DNA of 64,000 nucleotides from Candidatus Limnocylindria bacterium (GTDB lineage: Bacteria; Chloroflexota; Limnocylindria; QHBO01). The DNA lies in the NCBI GenBank assembly GCA_050692055.1, contig JBOGTC010000039.1, forward strand, positions 8,060 through 72,059, read 5' to 3'. The notes beneath the pieces are model-generated. The model was not told the origin of the DNA. It did not search any database and saw nothing but the letters and a program-made list of their open reading frames with translations. Shown here one piece after another: positions 30,682 to 44,107 of this stretch; position 1 is the first letter of the stretch, and each line of letters starts with the position of its first letter. Made by a program: the position numbers and the translations under genes.

Positions 30682-31899
30682 ATGCGCGCGCTGGTTCTCA
30701 CCAACGAGTTCCCGCCCGCGATCTACGGTGGCGCCGGTATCCATGTGGCCGAGCTGACGCGCCACCTGCGCTCGCTGATCGAGCTCGACGTTCGCACCTT
30801 CGGCGGCCATCACGAGGCCGAGGACCGATGGCGGGCGCGCGGCTATCCCGTCTCGCACGAGCTGGACACGGCCGACGAGCGCCTGCGGCCGATCGTCGGC
30901 GCGCTCTCGCGCGACATCGGCATGCTCGCCGATCCGGTCGCGGCCGACGTGGTCCACTGCCACACCTGGTACACCCACCTCGCCGGGATCCTGATCCGCC
31001 TGGCCTACGGCATCCCGCTGGTGATCACCGTCCACTCGCTGGAGCCGTTGCGGCCATGGAAGCGGGAGCAGCTCGGCGGCGGCTACGACGTCAGCAGCTG
31101 GGTCGAGCGGACGGCGCTCGAGATGGCCGATGCCGTCATCGCGGTGAGCGAGGAGACGCGCGCGGACGTGCTGCGACTCTTCCCGGCCGTGGTGCCTGAG
31201 CGCGTGCACGTCATCCACAACGGGATCGACACCGATTTCTATCGCCCCGATCCTGCGACCGACGTGCTCGACGGCTACGGCGTCGATCCGTCGGGCCCGT
31301 ACGTGCTCTTCGTGGGTCGCGTGACACGGCAGAAGGGAATCGTCCACCTGGTCCGAGCGATTCGGCATCTCGATCCGTCGATCGGCGTCGTGCTGTGCGC
31401 CGGCCAGCCGGATACGCCACAGATCGCGGCCGAGATGGAGGCCGGCCTCGCCGAGGCGCGCCGGCAGCGAGAGAACGTGACGTGGATCGGCGAGATGGTC
31501 AGCCGCGAGGCAGTCCGGCAGCTGTACAGCCATGCGACGGTCTTCTGCTGTCCATCGGTCTACGAGCCGTTCGGGATCATCAATCTCGAGGCTGCCGCCT
31601 GCGAGACGCCGGTCGTGGCGAGCGCCGTGGGCGGCATTCCCGAGGTGGTGGTGGATGGCGAAACCGGGCTGCTCGTGCCGGTCGAGCTCAGCCTGGACGA
31701 TCCGATGTCGCCGATCGACCCCGACCGCTTCGAGCGCAACCTGGCCGGTGCCATCAACGCCCTTGTCGCCGATCCGGCCGGTCGTGAGGCGATGGGTCGC
31801 GCCGGACGGGCACGCGCCATCGAGCACTTCAGCTGGTCGTCGATCGCCGAGCGCACAGTCGCCCTGTACGAGTCGCTGGCGCTCGCCCGGGCGTCGTGA
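30682..31899 (+). CDS. glgA: GT4 glycogen synthase, actinobacterial GlgA/GlgM type
   Basis: TNEFPPAIYGGAG, HCHTWY, HSLEPLRPWKREQLGGGY, FVGRVTRQKG, YEPFGIINLEA. Confidence 0.92.
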   Translation: MRALVLTNEFPPAIYGGAGIHVAELTRHLRSLIELDVRTFGGHHEAEDRWRARGYPVSHELDTADERLRPIVGALSRDIGMLADPVAADVVHCHTWYTHLAGILIRLAYGIPLVITVHSLEPLRPWKREQLGGGYDVSSWVERTALEMADAVIAVSEETRADVLRLFPAVVPERVHVIHNGIDTDFYRPDPATDVLDGYGVDPSGPYVLFVGRVTRQKGIVHLVRAIRHLDPSIGVVLCAGQPDTPQIAAEMEAGLAEARRQRENVTWIGEMVSREAVRQLYSHATVFCCPSVYEPFGIINLEAAACETPVVASAVGGIPEVVVDGETGLLVPVELSLDDPMSPIDPDRFERNLAGAINALVADPAGREAMGRAGRARAIEHFSWSSIAERTVALYESLALARAS

Positions 31900-31923
31900 C
31901 GATCCAGCGACCGCGCAACGCGC

Positions 31924-32601
31924 TTAGGGCGTGACGCGCGACATGAGCGCCAGCGTGTTGCCCTCGCCATCCTCGAAGAAGGCCATCCACTCCTCGGCGC
32001 CGGTGTCGTCATCGGTGTAGATGAGGTGTGGCGCTCCGCTGAAGCGAACGCCGCGGCGCACGAGCTCAGCGTGGGCGGCGTGGATCCCGTCGACGACGAA
32101 ATACAGGATCGAGCCTGGGCGCCACTCATCCTCGCCCTTGCGATGCAGGTAGATGCGGACCCCTGCGGCGTCGAAGAAGGCGAGATCGCCGAACGTGAAC
32201 AGATGCCGCAGGCCGAGGACCTCGCCGTAGAAGCGCTTCGCGCGTTCGACGTCCCTGATCGAAAGCGAGACTTGGCCGATGGCGTTCAGCGACAGGCCGT
32301 TCACCTCGGTCGCGGCGTCCGCGGCTGGATTGGATGGGCTGCCTGTCATGTGACTGCTCCTGGTGCGTGCGAGAAGGCTTGTGGACGGGATGCCGGGCCA
32401 CTGCCGCAGCGCGGTTGGGCCACGGACGCCCAGCTTGCCGGCGATGTTCGCGAGGTGGAACTTGACCGCGTGAAGGCTCGTTCCTCGGCGACGCCCGATC
32501 TCCTGCCGCGAGGCGCCATGCCGCAGGAGATTCAGCACCTCCCACTCGGCGGGGGTCAGCACGTCGGGGTGAGGCGGTCGTCCGCGGCCTCGGTGTCTCA
32601 T
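31924..32601 (-). CDS. LuxR-type HTH fused to a VOC/glyoxalase domain
   Basis: LTPAEWEVL..HAVKFHLANIAGKL HTH; IGQVSLSIRDVERAKRFY..LYFVV..FFEDGEGNTLALM VOC. Confidence 0.85.
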   Translation of the reverse strand: MRHRGRGRPPHPDVLTPAEWEVLNLLRHGASRQEIGRRRGTSLHAVKFHLANIAGKLGVRGPTALRQWPGIPSTSLLARTRSSHMTGSPSNPAADAATEVNGLSLNAIGQVSLSIRDVERAKRFYGEVLGLRHLFTFGDLAFFDAAGVRIYLHRKGEDEWRPGSILYFVVDGIHAAHAELVRRGVRFSGAPHLIYTDDDTGAEEWMAFFEDGEGNTLALMSRVTP

Positions 32602-32654
32602 CGTGGAAAGAGCCTAGCGAAGCAGGCGAGGAATTACCCTCCCCTCAGCCTCAA

Positions 32655-32741
32655 GTCGCCAAATTCATGCCTGGCCGGCACGCGGCCAGAAGAACAGCCG
32701 CCTTACAGCCATGGTGCGGCTCCCGGGCTGAATCTGGCGAC
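32655..32741. repeat. Mosaic repeat copy B: 87-bp core
   Basis: GTCGCCAAATTCATGCC…GCTGAATCTGGCGAC; interior alignable to copies A, C and D. Confidence 0.88.
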
Positions 32742-32838
32742 TAGAAGAGGTGCCTGAGGTCCTCGTGCCTGAGAACGACGGCACGGTCGGTCCAACGGCC
32801 GATGACGTGGCGGCCGACTCCCCGCTAGCATCGCCGCC

Positions 32839-33651
32839 ATGACTTCCCCGAGCACCCTGGAGCGGCGGCGCCCGCTCGGCGCCGACGAGCGAACGCCGAT
32901 CATCGTCGTCAGCGATCTTCGCAAGCGCTACGGCAGCCTGACCGCGGTCGACGGGGTCAGCTTCGAGGTCCACGCCGACGAGGTCTTCGGCATCCTGGGA
33001 CCGAACGGCGCGGGCAAGACCACGACGCTCGAGATGATCGAGGGCATGCGCTCGATCGACTCCGGCTCGGCCAGCGTGGACGGCCTCGACGTGGCCAGCG
33101 ACCCCCGCGGCGTGAAGCGGCGCATCGGCATCCAGCTGCAGTCGAGCGCCTTCTTCGACGAGCTCAACCTCGTCGAGCTGCTGCACCTCTTCGGCCGAAT
33201 GTACGAGCGCGACGTGGACGCCATGGACCTGCTTGCCCAGGTCGAGCTGACCGAGAAGGCGCATGCGCAGGTGCGCACGCTGTCGGGAGGTCAGAAGCAG
33301 CGCTTCAGCATGGCCTCGGCGCTGGTGAACGACCCACGCGTCCTCTTCCTCGACGAGCCGACGACCGGGCTCGATCCGCAGGCCCGCCGCCACATGTGGG
33401 GCCTGATCCGCCGCATCCAGGCCGATGGCCACACCGTGGTCCTGACCACCCACTACATGGAGGAGGCGGAAGAGCTCTGCGGCCGCGTGGCGATCATGGA
33501 CCGCGGGCGGATCATCGCCCTCGACACGCCGCAGCGGCTCATCGACGACCTGGTCGGGCGCGGCTTTCGCAAGGAGCGCGTGGAGCGGCTGGCCAACCTG
33601 GAGGACGTCTTCATCGACATCACCGGCCACGAGCTGCGGGACGAGGACTGA
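32839..33651 (+). CDS. ABC-2 exporter ATP-binding subunit
   Basis: GPNGAGKT, LSGGQ, FLDEPTTGLD, TTHYMEEAE. Confidence 0.95.
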   Translation: MTSPSTLERRRPLGADERTPIIVVSDLRKRYGSLTAVDGVSFEVHADEVFGILGPNGAGKTTTLEMIEGMRSIDSGSASVDGLDVASDPRGVKRRIGIQLQSSAFFDELNLVELLHLFGRMYERDVDAMDLLAQVELTEKAHAQVRTLSGGQKQRFSMASALVNDPRVLFLDEPTTGLDPQARRHMWGLIRRIQADGHTVVLTTHYMEEAEELCGRVAIMDRGRIIALDTPQRLIDDLVGRGFRKERVERLANLEDVFIDITGHELRDED

Positions 33652-33654
33652 CCG

Positions 33655-34764
33655 ATGCGCCTCACCGGCATCCGGCTCGGCATGTTCTGGGCCCTCTTCG
33701 TCGCCAGCAGCAAGATGTTCATCCGCAACCGCGCAGCCGTCTTCTTCAGCCTCTTCCTGCCGCTCATCATCATGCTCATCTTCGGCGTGCTGAACTTCGA
33801 GGGCAGCACCGAGATCGATCTGGGCATCGTCGACGAGGCCGATAACGAGGCGAGCAACGACCTCGTCGCGGGCCTCGAGGAGTACGACTACCTCATCATC
33901 AGCGCAGGCGAGCAGGCGGGGGAGCTCGAGGCGCTCGAGGCCGGCGACCGCGACTTCGTGCTCACCATCCCCGCCGATTGGGCGCCGCCCGCGCCGGGGC
34001 TGCCGACCGGGCTGGTCGCGCGCTCCGCCACGTCGGATCCGGCGCAGGCGCAGGTGGCGCAGGGGCTGCTGCAGCAGGCCATCGGCCAGGCGATCTTCGC
34101 GCCGGGAGGCGATGGCGGCGCGGGGGCCTTCACGCCGCCCGTGGACGTCGAGGCGGTCCAGTCGCGCGACCTGGGCTACATCGACTTCCTGGTCCCGGGC
34201 ATCGTTGGCATGACGGTCATGCAGCTCGGGCTGTTCGGCGTCGCATTCGGCTTCGTGCAGCTCAAGCGCACCGGGGCGCTGCGACGGCTCTTCGCCACAC
34301 CGACCTCGCCCGCCTACTTTCTGTCGGCGCAGGTGGCCTCCCGCCTCATCATCGGCGTGGTGCAGGTGGCGATCCTGTTCGGCATCGGCCTGTGGTTCGG
34401 GCTCCAGATGTTTGGCGACTACATGAGCCTGGCCGTGATCGTCATCATCGCCTCGGCGATCTTCCTGGCCGTCGGCTTCGCGATTGCGGGCTGGGCCAGG
34501 AACGAGGACCAGGCGGCGCCGGTGGCCAACCTCATCAGCCTGCCGATGCTCTTCCTGTCCGGCGTCTTCTTCCCGCGTGACGCGATGCCCGACATCCTGG
34601 CCAGCATCACCCAGTTCATGCCGCTCACCTATGTCAACGAGGCGCTGCGCGCGGTCGTGAACGACGGCGCCACGCTGCCGGCTCTGGGGCCGCAGCTGCT
34701 CGGGATGGGCGTCTGGGCGATCATCACCTTCGTGATCGCGGTGATGCTCTTCAAGTGGGAGTAG
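33655..34764 (+). CDS. ABC-2 exporter permease
   Basis: Six-TM ABC2_membrane pattern; YIDFLVPG, FLSGVFFP. Confidence 0.92.
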   Translation: MRLTGIRLGMFWALFVASSKMFIRNRAAVFFSLFLPLIIMLIFGVLNFEGSTEIDLGIVDEADNEASNDLVAGLEEYDYLIISAGEQAGELEALEAGDRDFVLTIPADWAPPAPGLPTGLVARSATSDPAQAQVAQGLLQQAIGQAIFAPGGDGGAGAFTPPVDVEAVQSRDLGYIDFLVPGIVGMTVMQLGLFGVAFGFVQLKRTGALRRLFATPTSPAYFLSAQVASRLIIGVVQVAILFGIGLWFGLQMFGDYMSLAVIVIIASAIFLAVGFAIAGWARNEDQAAPVANLISLPMLFLSGVFFPRDAMPDILASITQFMPLTYVNEALRAVVNDGATLPALGPQLLGMGVWAIITFVIAVMLFKWE

Positions 34765-34768
34765 GTCC

Positions 34769-35134
34769 GTGAAGCTGATCGAGCTCCTGCTGCGCCTCGA
34801 GTGGCTGGTGGTCTTCCTGGCCGGCATCGGCCTCTACCTGGCCATGAACGGCCACCCGCTGTGGCTGCTGCCGCTGCTCCTGGCGCCGGACGTCTCGATG
34901 CTCGGCTACCTCGGCGGTCCGCGCCTCGGCGCGGCCACCTACAACGCGGCACACAACCTGGTGGTCGCGCTCAGCGTCCTGGCCATCGGCTGGTTCGCGG
35001 CGCTGGCGCCCGTGGCTTTGGCCGGCGCTCTGCTCGTGGCGCACGTTGGCATGGACCGATCGCTGGGCTACGGGCTCAAGCTGGCGACCGGCTTTCGCGA
35101 CACGCATCTCGGCCGGATCGGGACGGACCGATAA
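34769..35134 (+). CDS. DUF4260 family membrane protein
   Basis: LLLRLE, PDVSMLGY, YNAAH, AHVGMDRSLGYGLK. Confidence 0.88.
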   Translation: MKLIELLLRLEWLVVFLAGIGLYLAMNGHPLWLLPLLLAPDVSMLGYLGGPRLGAATYNAAHNLVVALSVLAIGWFAALAPVALAGALLVAHVGMDRSLGYGLKLATGFRDTHLGRIGTDR

Positions 35135-35141
35135 TGGACCG

Positions 35142-36551
35142 ATGCATCCGCATGCCTCCGGACCGATCAGCCGGCGGCGCCTGCTGCAGCTGGGGGCGGC
35201 GGCCTCGGCGGCCGGCCTGGCGGCCTGCGCCGCACCGATCCCCTCGCTGACGCCGCGGCAATCTCCCGCCTCGGCGCCGACCTCCACGCCAAGCCCGTCG
35301 CCCTCTCCGACCCCCGCTGCCACGCCGTCACCCTCACCCACCGCGACCCCGGTGCCGGCAACGGGGAGCATGCTGTACCGCGACGGCGCCCTGGCGGACG
35401 GCCGCTCCGCGGCGCTGGAGCGTAACGTCAGCATCCTCGTCAGCGACGGCCGCATCGCCTGGATTCGCCCGACCGGCGGCGAGGAGGACTCGAGCGGCGC
35501 GCGCGTCATCGACTGCGCGGGGGCGACCTTCGTCCCGGGGATGGTCGACTGCCACAGCCACGTCACCGGTCCGGGCGGCGCGAACTGGATCGCCCGCTTC
35601 AACGACCCACCCGAGGAGCTGGTCGCCGTGGCCGAGCACAACGGCCGCATCGGCATGGCGGCGGGGGTGCGCTGGATGCGCGACGTGGGGTCGCCGCTCG
35701 GCGCCGACCCCGTCGACGGCCGCGAGCGCGCGCTGGCGCTCGGCGTGCGGGACCGATGGGCCGGCCGGATCGACCGGCCCTACCTGCGCGCCGCCGGCTC
35801 GTGGCTCTTCAAGAGTGGCGTGAACCCGATGCGCTCGGCGATCGAGGTGCAGACCGGCGACGAGCTGCTGGCCGCGGCGATGGGCCAGCTCGACGCGGGC
35901 GCCGATCTCGTGAAGCTCTACATGGATGGCCCGGACGCGAACGTCAGCCCATGGACGGCGAACGAGGTGAGCCGCGTCGTCGAGGCGGTGCATGCCCGCG
36001 GCGCGCGCGTGGCCGCGCACTCGGGTCGCCTCAACGGCGCGCAGGCGGCGGCGGCCGGCGGCGTCGACTCCATCGAGCATGGGTTCGACCTCGATGCCGC
36101 GGTGGCGGCCGAGATGGCGCGTCGAGGCATCGTGCTGGTCACCACGCTATCGGTCCAGCGCTCGTGGCTCTCCTTCGGCAACACCACCTCGATGGAGCGG
36201 TTTGCCGGCGAGGCAGGTCGCGCTGCGAACGCGGCGCGGCTCGAGCAGGGGGAGGCGTCGATGCGGCTGGCGCGTGACGCCGGCGTGCCAATCGCGACCG
36301 GCAGTGACTTCGGCGGAGGGTCGCTGCGCGCGAACCAGCTGGCTTGGGAGGTGACGAGCCTCGTGTCGGCCGGCCTGGAGCCGGTCGATGCCCTGGCCGC
36401 CGCCACCTGGCGCGGAGGGGAGCTCCTCGGCGAGGCCGAGGCGGGCATCATCCGCGAGGGCGGTCCGGCCGACTTCTTCCTCGTCCACGGCGACCCGCTC
36501 TCGGATCCCGAGTCCCTCTGGCGCGTCTGGCGCACCGCCTGGGCGCCGTAG
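35142..36551 (+). CDS. Amidohydrolase (Xaa-Pro dipeptidase-like) with a Tat lipoprotein signal
   Basis: SRRRLL..LAAC, P/S/T linker, PGMVDCHSH, VKLY, AAH, SIEHG, TGSD. Confidence 0.88.
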   Translation: MHPHASGPISRRRLLQLGAAASAAGLAACAAPIPSLTPRQSPASAPTSTPSPSPSPTPAATPSPSPTATPVPATGSMLYRDGALADGRSAALERNVSILVSDGRIAWIRPTGGEEDSSGARVIDCAGATFVPGMVDCHSHVTGPGGANWIARFNDPPEELVAVAEHNGRIGMAAGVRWMRDVGSPLGADPVDGRERALALGVRDRWAGRIDRPYLRAAGSWLFKSGVNPMRSAIEVQTGDELLAAAMGQLDAGADLVKLYMDGPDANVSPWTANEVSRVVEAVHARGARVAAHSGRLNGAQAAAAGGVDSIEHGFDLDAAVAAEMARRGIVLVTTLSVQRSWLSFGNTTSMERFAGEAGRAANAARLEQGEASMRLARDAGVPIATGSDFGGGSLRANQLAWEVTSLVSAGLEPVDALAAATWRGGELLGEAEAGIIREGGPADFFLVHGDPLSDPESLWRVWRTAWAP

Positions 36552-36735
36552 GCTCGGTATCGGCTCAGCCGGTATCGGCGCTCCACGTCGGCAGCCGTGT
36601 CGGCTCAGCCGCATCTGTGCGCATCCCGGGCGCTGCCAGCGCACATCCGGGGCGTTGTGACCAGATCTCGCGGTCCGCGTGCAGGACCGCCGCGGCGTCC
36701 GGCCGCGGCGGTCAGGGTCGCCAGGAAGGAGCTGC

Positions 36736-37182
36736 CTAGCTGAACGGGTCGGTGTCGCGCCTATCCGTCCGCCCCAGGTCCTGGTCCGTCCGACCGAAGT
36801 CCGGGCCCGCGGGGCGGTTCGTGGGATCGCCCTCGACTCCACGCCCGTAGTAGGTGCCGACCTGGTCGCGATAGGCCTGGTCGTGATAGCCGAACTCATC
36901 CAGCTCAGGCGCGTTCTTGATCTCGTCCTTCGTCCGGTTCACGAAGACCTTGCGGTCGGTCTCATCGATGCGCTCGATGACGCCCGCCGGCAGCATCACC
37001 TTCTTGCCGAAGATCCACGGTCCCGTGTCGACGATGAGATAGCTCGCATCGACCTCGTTCGTCGACTCGTCGATGGTCCCGATGCTTCCGTCACGTGCCT
37101 CGACCCCGAAGCCCGATAGGTCGATGCCGGCCCAGGCCGTGTCGCCATAGGCCCACATCTCGACAACTGTCATTCGCTCCAT
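36736..37182 (-). CDS. PRC-barrel domain protein
   Basis: GFGVEARDGSIGTID..YLIVDTGPWIFGKKVMLPAGVI..TKDEIKNAPE. Confidence 0.88.
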   Translation of the reverse strand: MERMTVVEMWAYGDTAWAGIDLSGFGVEARDGSIGTIDESTNEVDASYLIVDTGPWIFGKKVMLPAGVIERIDETDRKVFVNRTKDEIKNAPELDEFGYHDQAYRDQVGTYYGRGVEGDPTNRPAGPDFGRTDQDLGRTDRRDTDPFS

Positions 37183-37304
37183 GATCTGAGTCCCTCTGCG
37201 GTGCAATCACTCCCAGGGGGTGCAGCCCGCGTGCCCGTTCGTCGCCGAATCGACGAGCGAGCCCTCGGTATCTCGCGTGCCTGGTACCCTCGTCACCACG
37301 CCAG

Positions 37305-37442
37305 ATCGCCAGATTCATACTCAGCATGCACGCCTGTCCGAAAACGGCGGTCCTGGTCGCCGTGGTGCGGTGCCCGGCCTGAATCTGGCGACAACGACGG
37401 CCCGCAGCTCGCCCCGTGCAGCCTGGGCATGAATATGGCGAC
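37305..37442. repeat. Mosaic repeat copy C: 88-bp core (37305-37392) plus 50-bp satellite (37393-37442)
   Basis: ATCGCCAGATTCAT…CCTGAATCTGGCGAC, then GCATGAATATGGCGAC ending exactly 50 nt later. Confidence 0.88.
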
Positions 37443-37671
37443 ACGCCGCGGCGACGGCGGCGCTGCGCAGCGGAGCCTCGCTGTGTCGGGACCATGGCGG
37501 CGCTTGCTACCCTTTGCCCATGACCGATCGTCCCGATTTCGGCCGGCGGCCGCCGAAGGCGCCACGGAAGAGCCAGGCGTCGGGGTCGACACGGTCAGCG
37601 TGATGGACGGTGTTGAGCAAGTCGGCTGACACGACGGGCGCCGACAGTTCCCGGACAGCGGTGGGTGCTGC

Positions 37672-38991
37672 ATGACCGATCCGATTCGCTACGCGCGCAG
37701 CGGCGAGGTCAACGTCGCATTCCAGGTGACAGGCGACGGGCCATTCGACCTGGTCCTGGTACCGGGATTCTTCTCCCACCTCGAGATCGATTGGGAATAC
37801 CCAGCCATGGCGGGCATGCTCGAGCGGCTGGGTTCGTTCGCCAGGCTCATTCGCTTCGACAAGCGCGGTACTGGCCTTTCCGACCGATCGGTCGGCCTCC
37901 CCGACTTCGAGACGCGCATGGATGACGTCAGGGCTGTCATGGATGCCGCTGGCAGCGAGCGGGCGGCGCTGCTTGGGTACTCGGAAGGCGGACCGATGTG
38001 CGTACTCTTCGCGGCCACCTATCCCGAGCGCACGCGCGCCCTCGTCCTGTACGGGACGTACGCGAAGCGCCAGCACCCGGACGAGGACTACCCGTGGGCG
38101 CCGACGTCCGAAGAGCGCCTGCGGTACGCGAAGGAGCTCGAGGCGACGTGGGGCGAGAACACGGACATCGCGAAGATGTCGCCGAACGCCGACGAGGCGC
38201 TGGTGGCGTGGTTTCAGCGCCGAGGGCGGGCTTCGCTGAGCCCGGCGGCAGCGCGCGACCTGATCCTCATGAACTCACAGGCAGACGTCCGCCACGCCCT
38301 CCCCGCAGTCCAGTGTCCGACCCTCGTCCTGCACCGTAGCGGCGACCGCGACTCGCGGGCTGACGAAGGACGCTACATCGCGGCGAAGATTCCGGGCGCC
38401 CGCTTCGTCGAGCTGAGTGGGGACGATCACCTGCCTGCCGTCCGCCCGGACGAGATCATCGACGAGGTCGAGGAGTTCCTCACCGGCGTACGCTCCGCGC
38501 CCGCGGCGGACCGCGTGCTGGCCACGGTGCTGTTCACTGATCTCGTCAGCTCAACGGCCAGGGCCGAGACCCTCGGTGATACGGCGTGGGCCAGCCTTCT
38601 CAGGTCGCACAACGAGGCCGTTCGTCGTGAGCTTGCCCGCTTCTCCGGCGAGGAGATCGACACCGCGGGCGACGGGTTCCTCGCCGTCTTCGACGGGCCC
38701 GCGCGGGCCATCCGGTGCGCCCTCGAGATCCGTGCCGTGGTAGGCCGGCTCGGGCTGGATGTGCGGGCGGGCGTGCACACCGGAGAGGTCGAGCGGCGTC
38801 GCGGTGACAAGCCGCAGGGGATCGCCGTGCACGTTGGTGCCCGCATCATGTCGCTGGCCGCGGCGAAGGAGGTCCTCGTCAGCTCGACGACGCGAGACCT
38901 CGTCGCGGGCTCTGGCCTCGAGTTCGACGACCGGGGAGAGCACGAGCTGAAGGGGATCGAGGGACGCCGCCGCGTCTTCGCCGCACGCTGA
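37672..38991 (+). CDS. Alpha/beta-hydrolase fused to a class III adenylate/guanylate cyclase (LipJ/Rv1900c-like)
   Basis: GYSEGG nucleophile motif; VLFTDLVSST, TAGDGF, RAGVHTGE, GIAVHVGARI. Confidence 0.92.
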   Translation: MTDPIRYARSGEVNVAFQVTGDGPFDLVLVPGFFSHLEIDWEYPAMAGMLERLGSFARLIRFDKRGTGLSDRSVGLPDFETRMDDVRAVMDAAGSERAALLGYSEGGPMCVLFAATYPERTRALVLYGTYAKRQHPDEDYPWAPTSEERLRYAKELEATWGENTDIAKMSPNADEALVAWFQRRGRASLSPAAARDLILMNSQADVRHALPAVQCPTLVLHRSGDRDSRADEGRYIAAKIPGARFVELSGDDHLPAVRPDEIIDEVEEFLTGVRSAPAADRVLATVLFTDLVSSTARAETLGDTAWASLLRSHNEAVRRELARFSGEEIDTAGDGFLAVFDGPARAIRCALEIRAVVGRLGLDVRAGVHTGEVERRRGDKPQGIAVHVGARIMSLAAAKEVLVSSTTRDLVAGSGLEFDDRGEHELKGIEGRRRVFAAR

Positions 38992-39068
38992 CCGGGCTCG
39001 CCAGCAGAGCAGGCGTCCGTGCGTCCGGGTGGCCGTGGCGATCGAGTGAGGTCGGGCACGGGGAGCGA

Positions 39069-39205
39069 GTCGCCATATTCAGGCCAGGCATGCATGACTT
39101 GCCGAGAGGGCGCTCGTAGCCGCCATCCTGCGTTGCCACGTCTGAATTCGGGGCCAAGGACGACCTGGGGCTCGCCCCATGCAGGCCCCATATGAATCTG
39201 GTTGC
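39069..39205. repeat. Mosaic repeat copy D (decayed): 87-bp core (39069-39155) plus 50-bp satellite (39156-39205)
   Basis: GTCGCCATATTCAGG…CTGAATTCGGGGCC; satellite shares GCTCGCCCCRTGCAG with copy C and ends ATGAATCTGGTTGC. Confidence 0.8.
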
Positions 39206-39310
39206 CCGGGACGGTCAGGCTCGGCGCGCGGGACGGCCAGGCGCCGCGATTGCTGACATCAGATGACATGAATAGGCCGCACTCTGGGCGACGTTAGACT
39301 CAACGATGCC

Positions 39311-43807
<4,497 letters not shown>

Positions 43808-43829
43808 CGGGCCCGCGGCTCCGGGGGCG

Positions 43830-44100
43830 GTCAGCCGCCCTTCGGACGGCTTATTCCTCAGAGACTGAACGGTCGGCCGAACCGTCGGGCACGGGCGCTC
43901 CGCCTACGTTTCATTCTGTGAAGACTCATCCGTCGGTGGAGCATCGGCCGCCGCCCGCTCCGCCGATGGTTCATTCCCTCAGGAATGGGCGGCGGCAATA
44001 ACCCGCCGAAGGCCAAGGAATCGGGCGGGACACAACGAAACGTCCCGAAGGAACCACGGACCCTTTGATGCAATCTCTGGGTCACGGACTCCTCCGGGAC
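43830..44100 (-). ncRNA. Candidate ~270-nt structured ncRNA of unknown class
   Basis: Own promoter; 59-nt 5' hairpin; two 60-nt repeats with conserved stems; 3' hairpin; G-U pairs favour the minus strand; no hallmark motifs of known RNA classes seen by eye. Confidence 0.55.
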
Positions 44101-44107
44101 AAGACGT

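Noticed and set aside
36553-36720. Short repeats TCGGCTCAGCCG (x2) and GC hairpins between convergent genes
   Set aside because: Too short and local to call a family; probably terminator or degenerate REP material
43895-43935. Hammerhead-like GGATGAG…GAAAC on the minus strand
   Set aside because: Core reads CGGATGA instead of CTGATGA and stem II does not form
43851-43980. CRISPR or TIGR-type guide array reading of the 60-nt repeats
   Set aside because: Only 2.5 units at about 60% identity, and no Cas, Nop-domain or IS110 gene in the window; kept only as an ncRNA hypothesis
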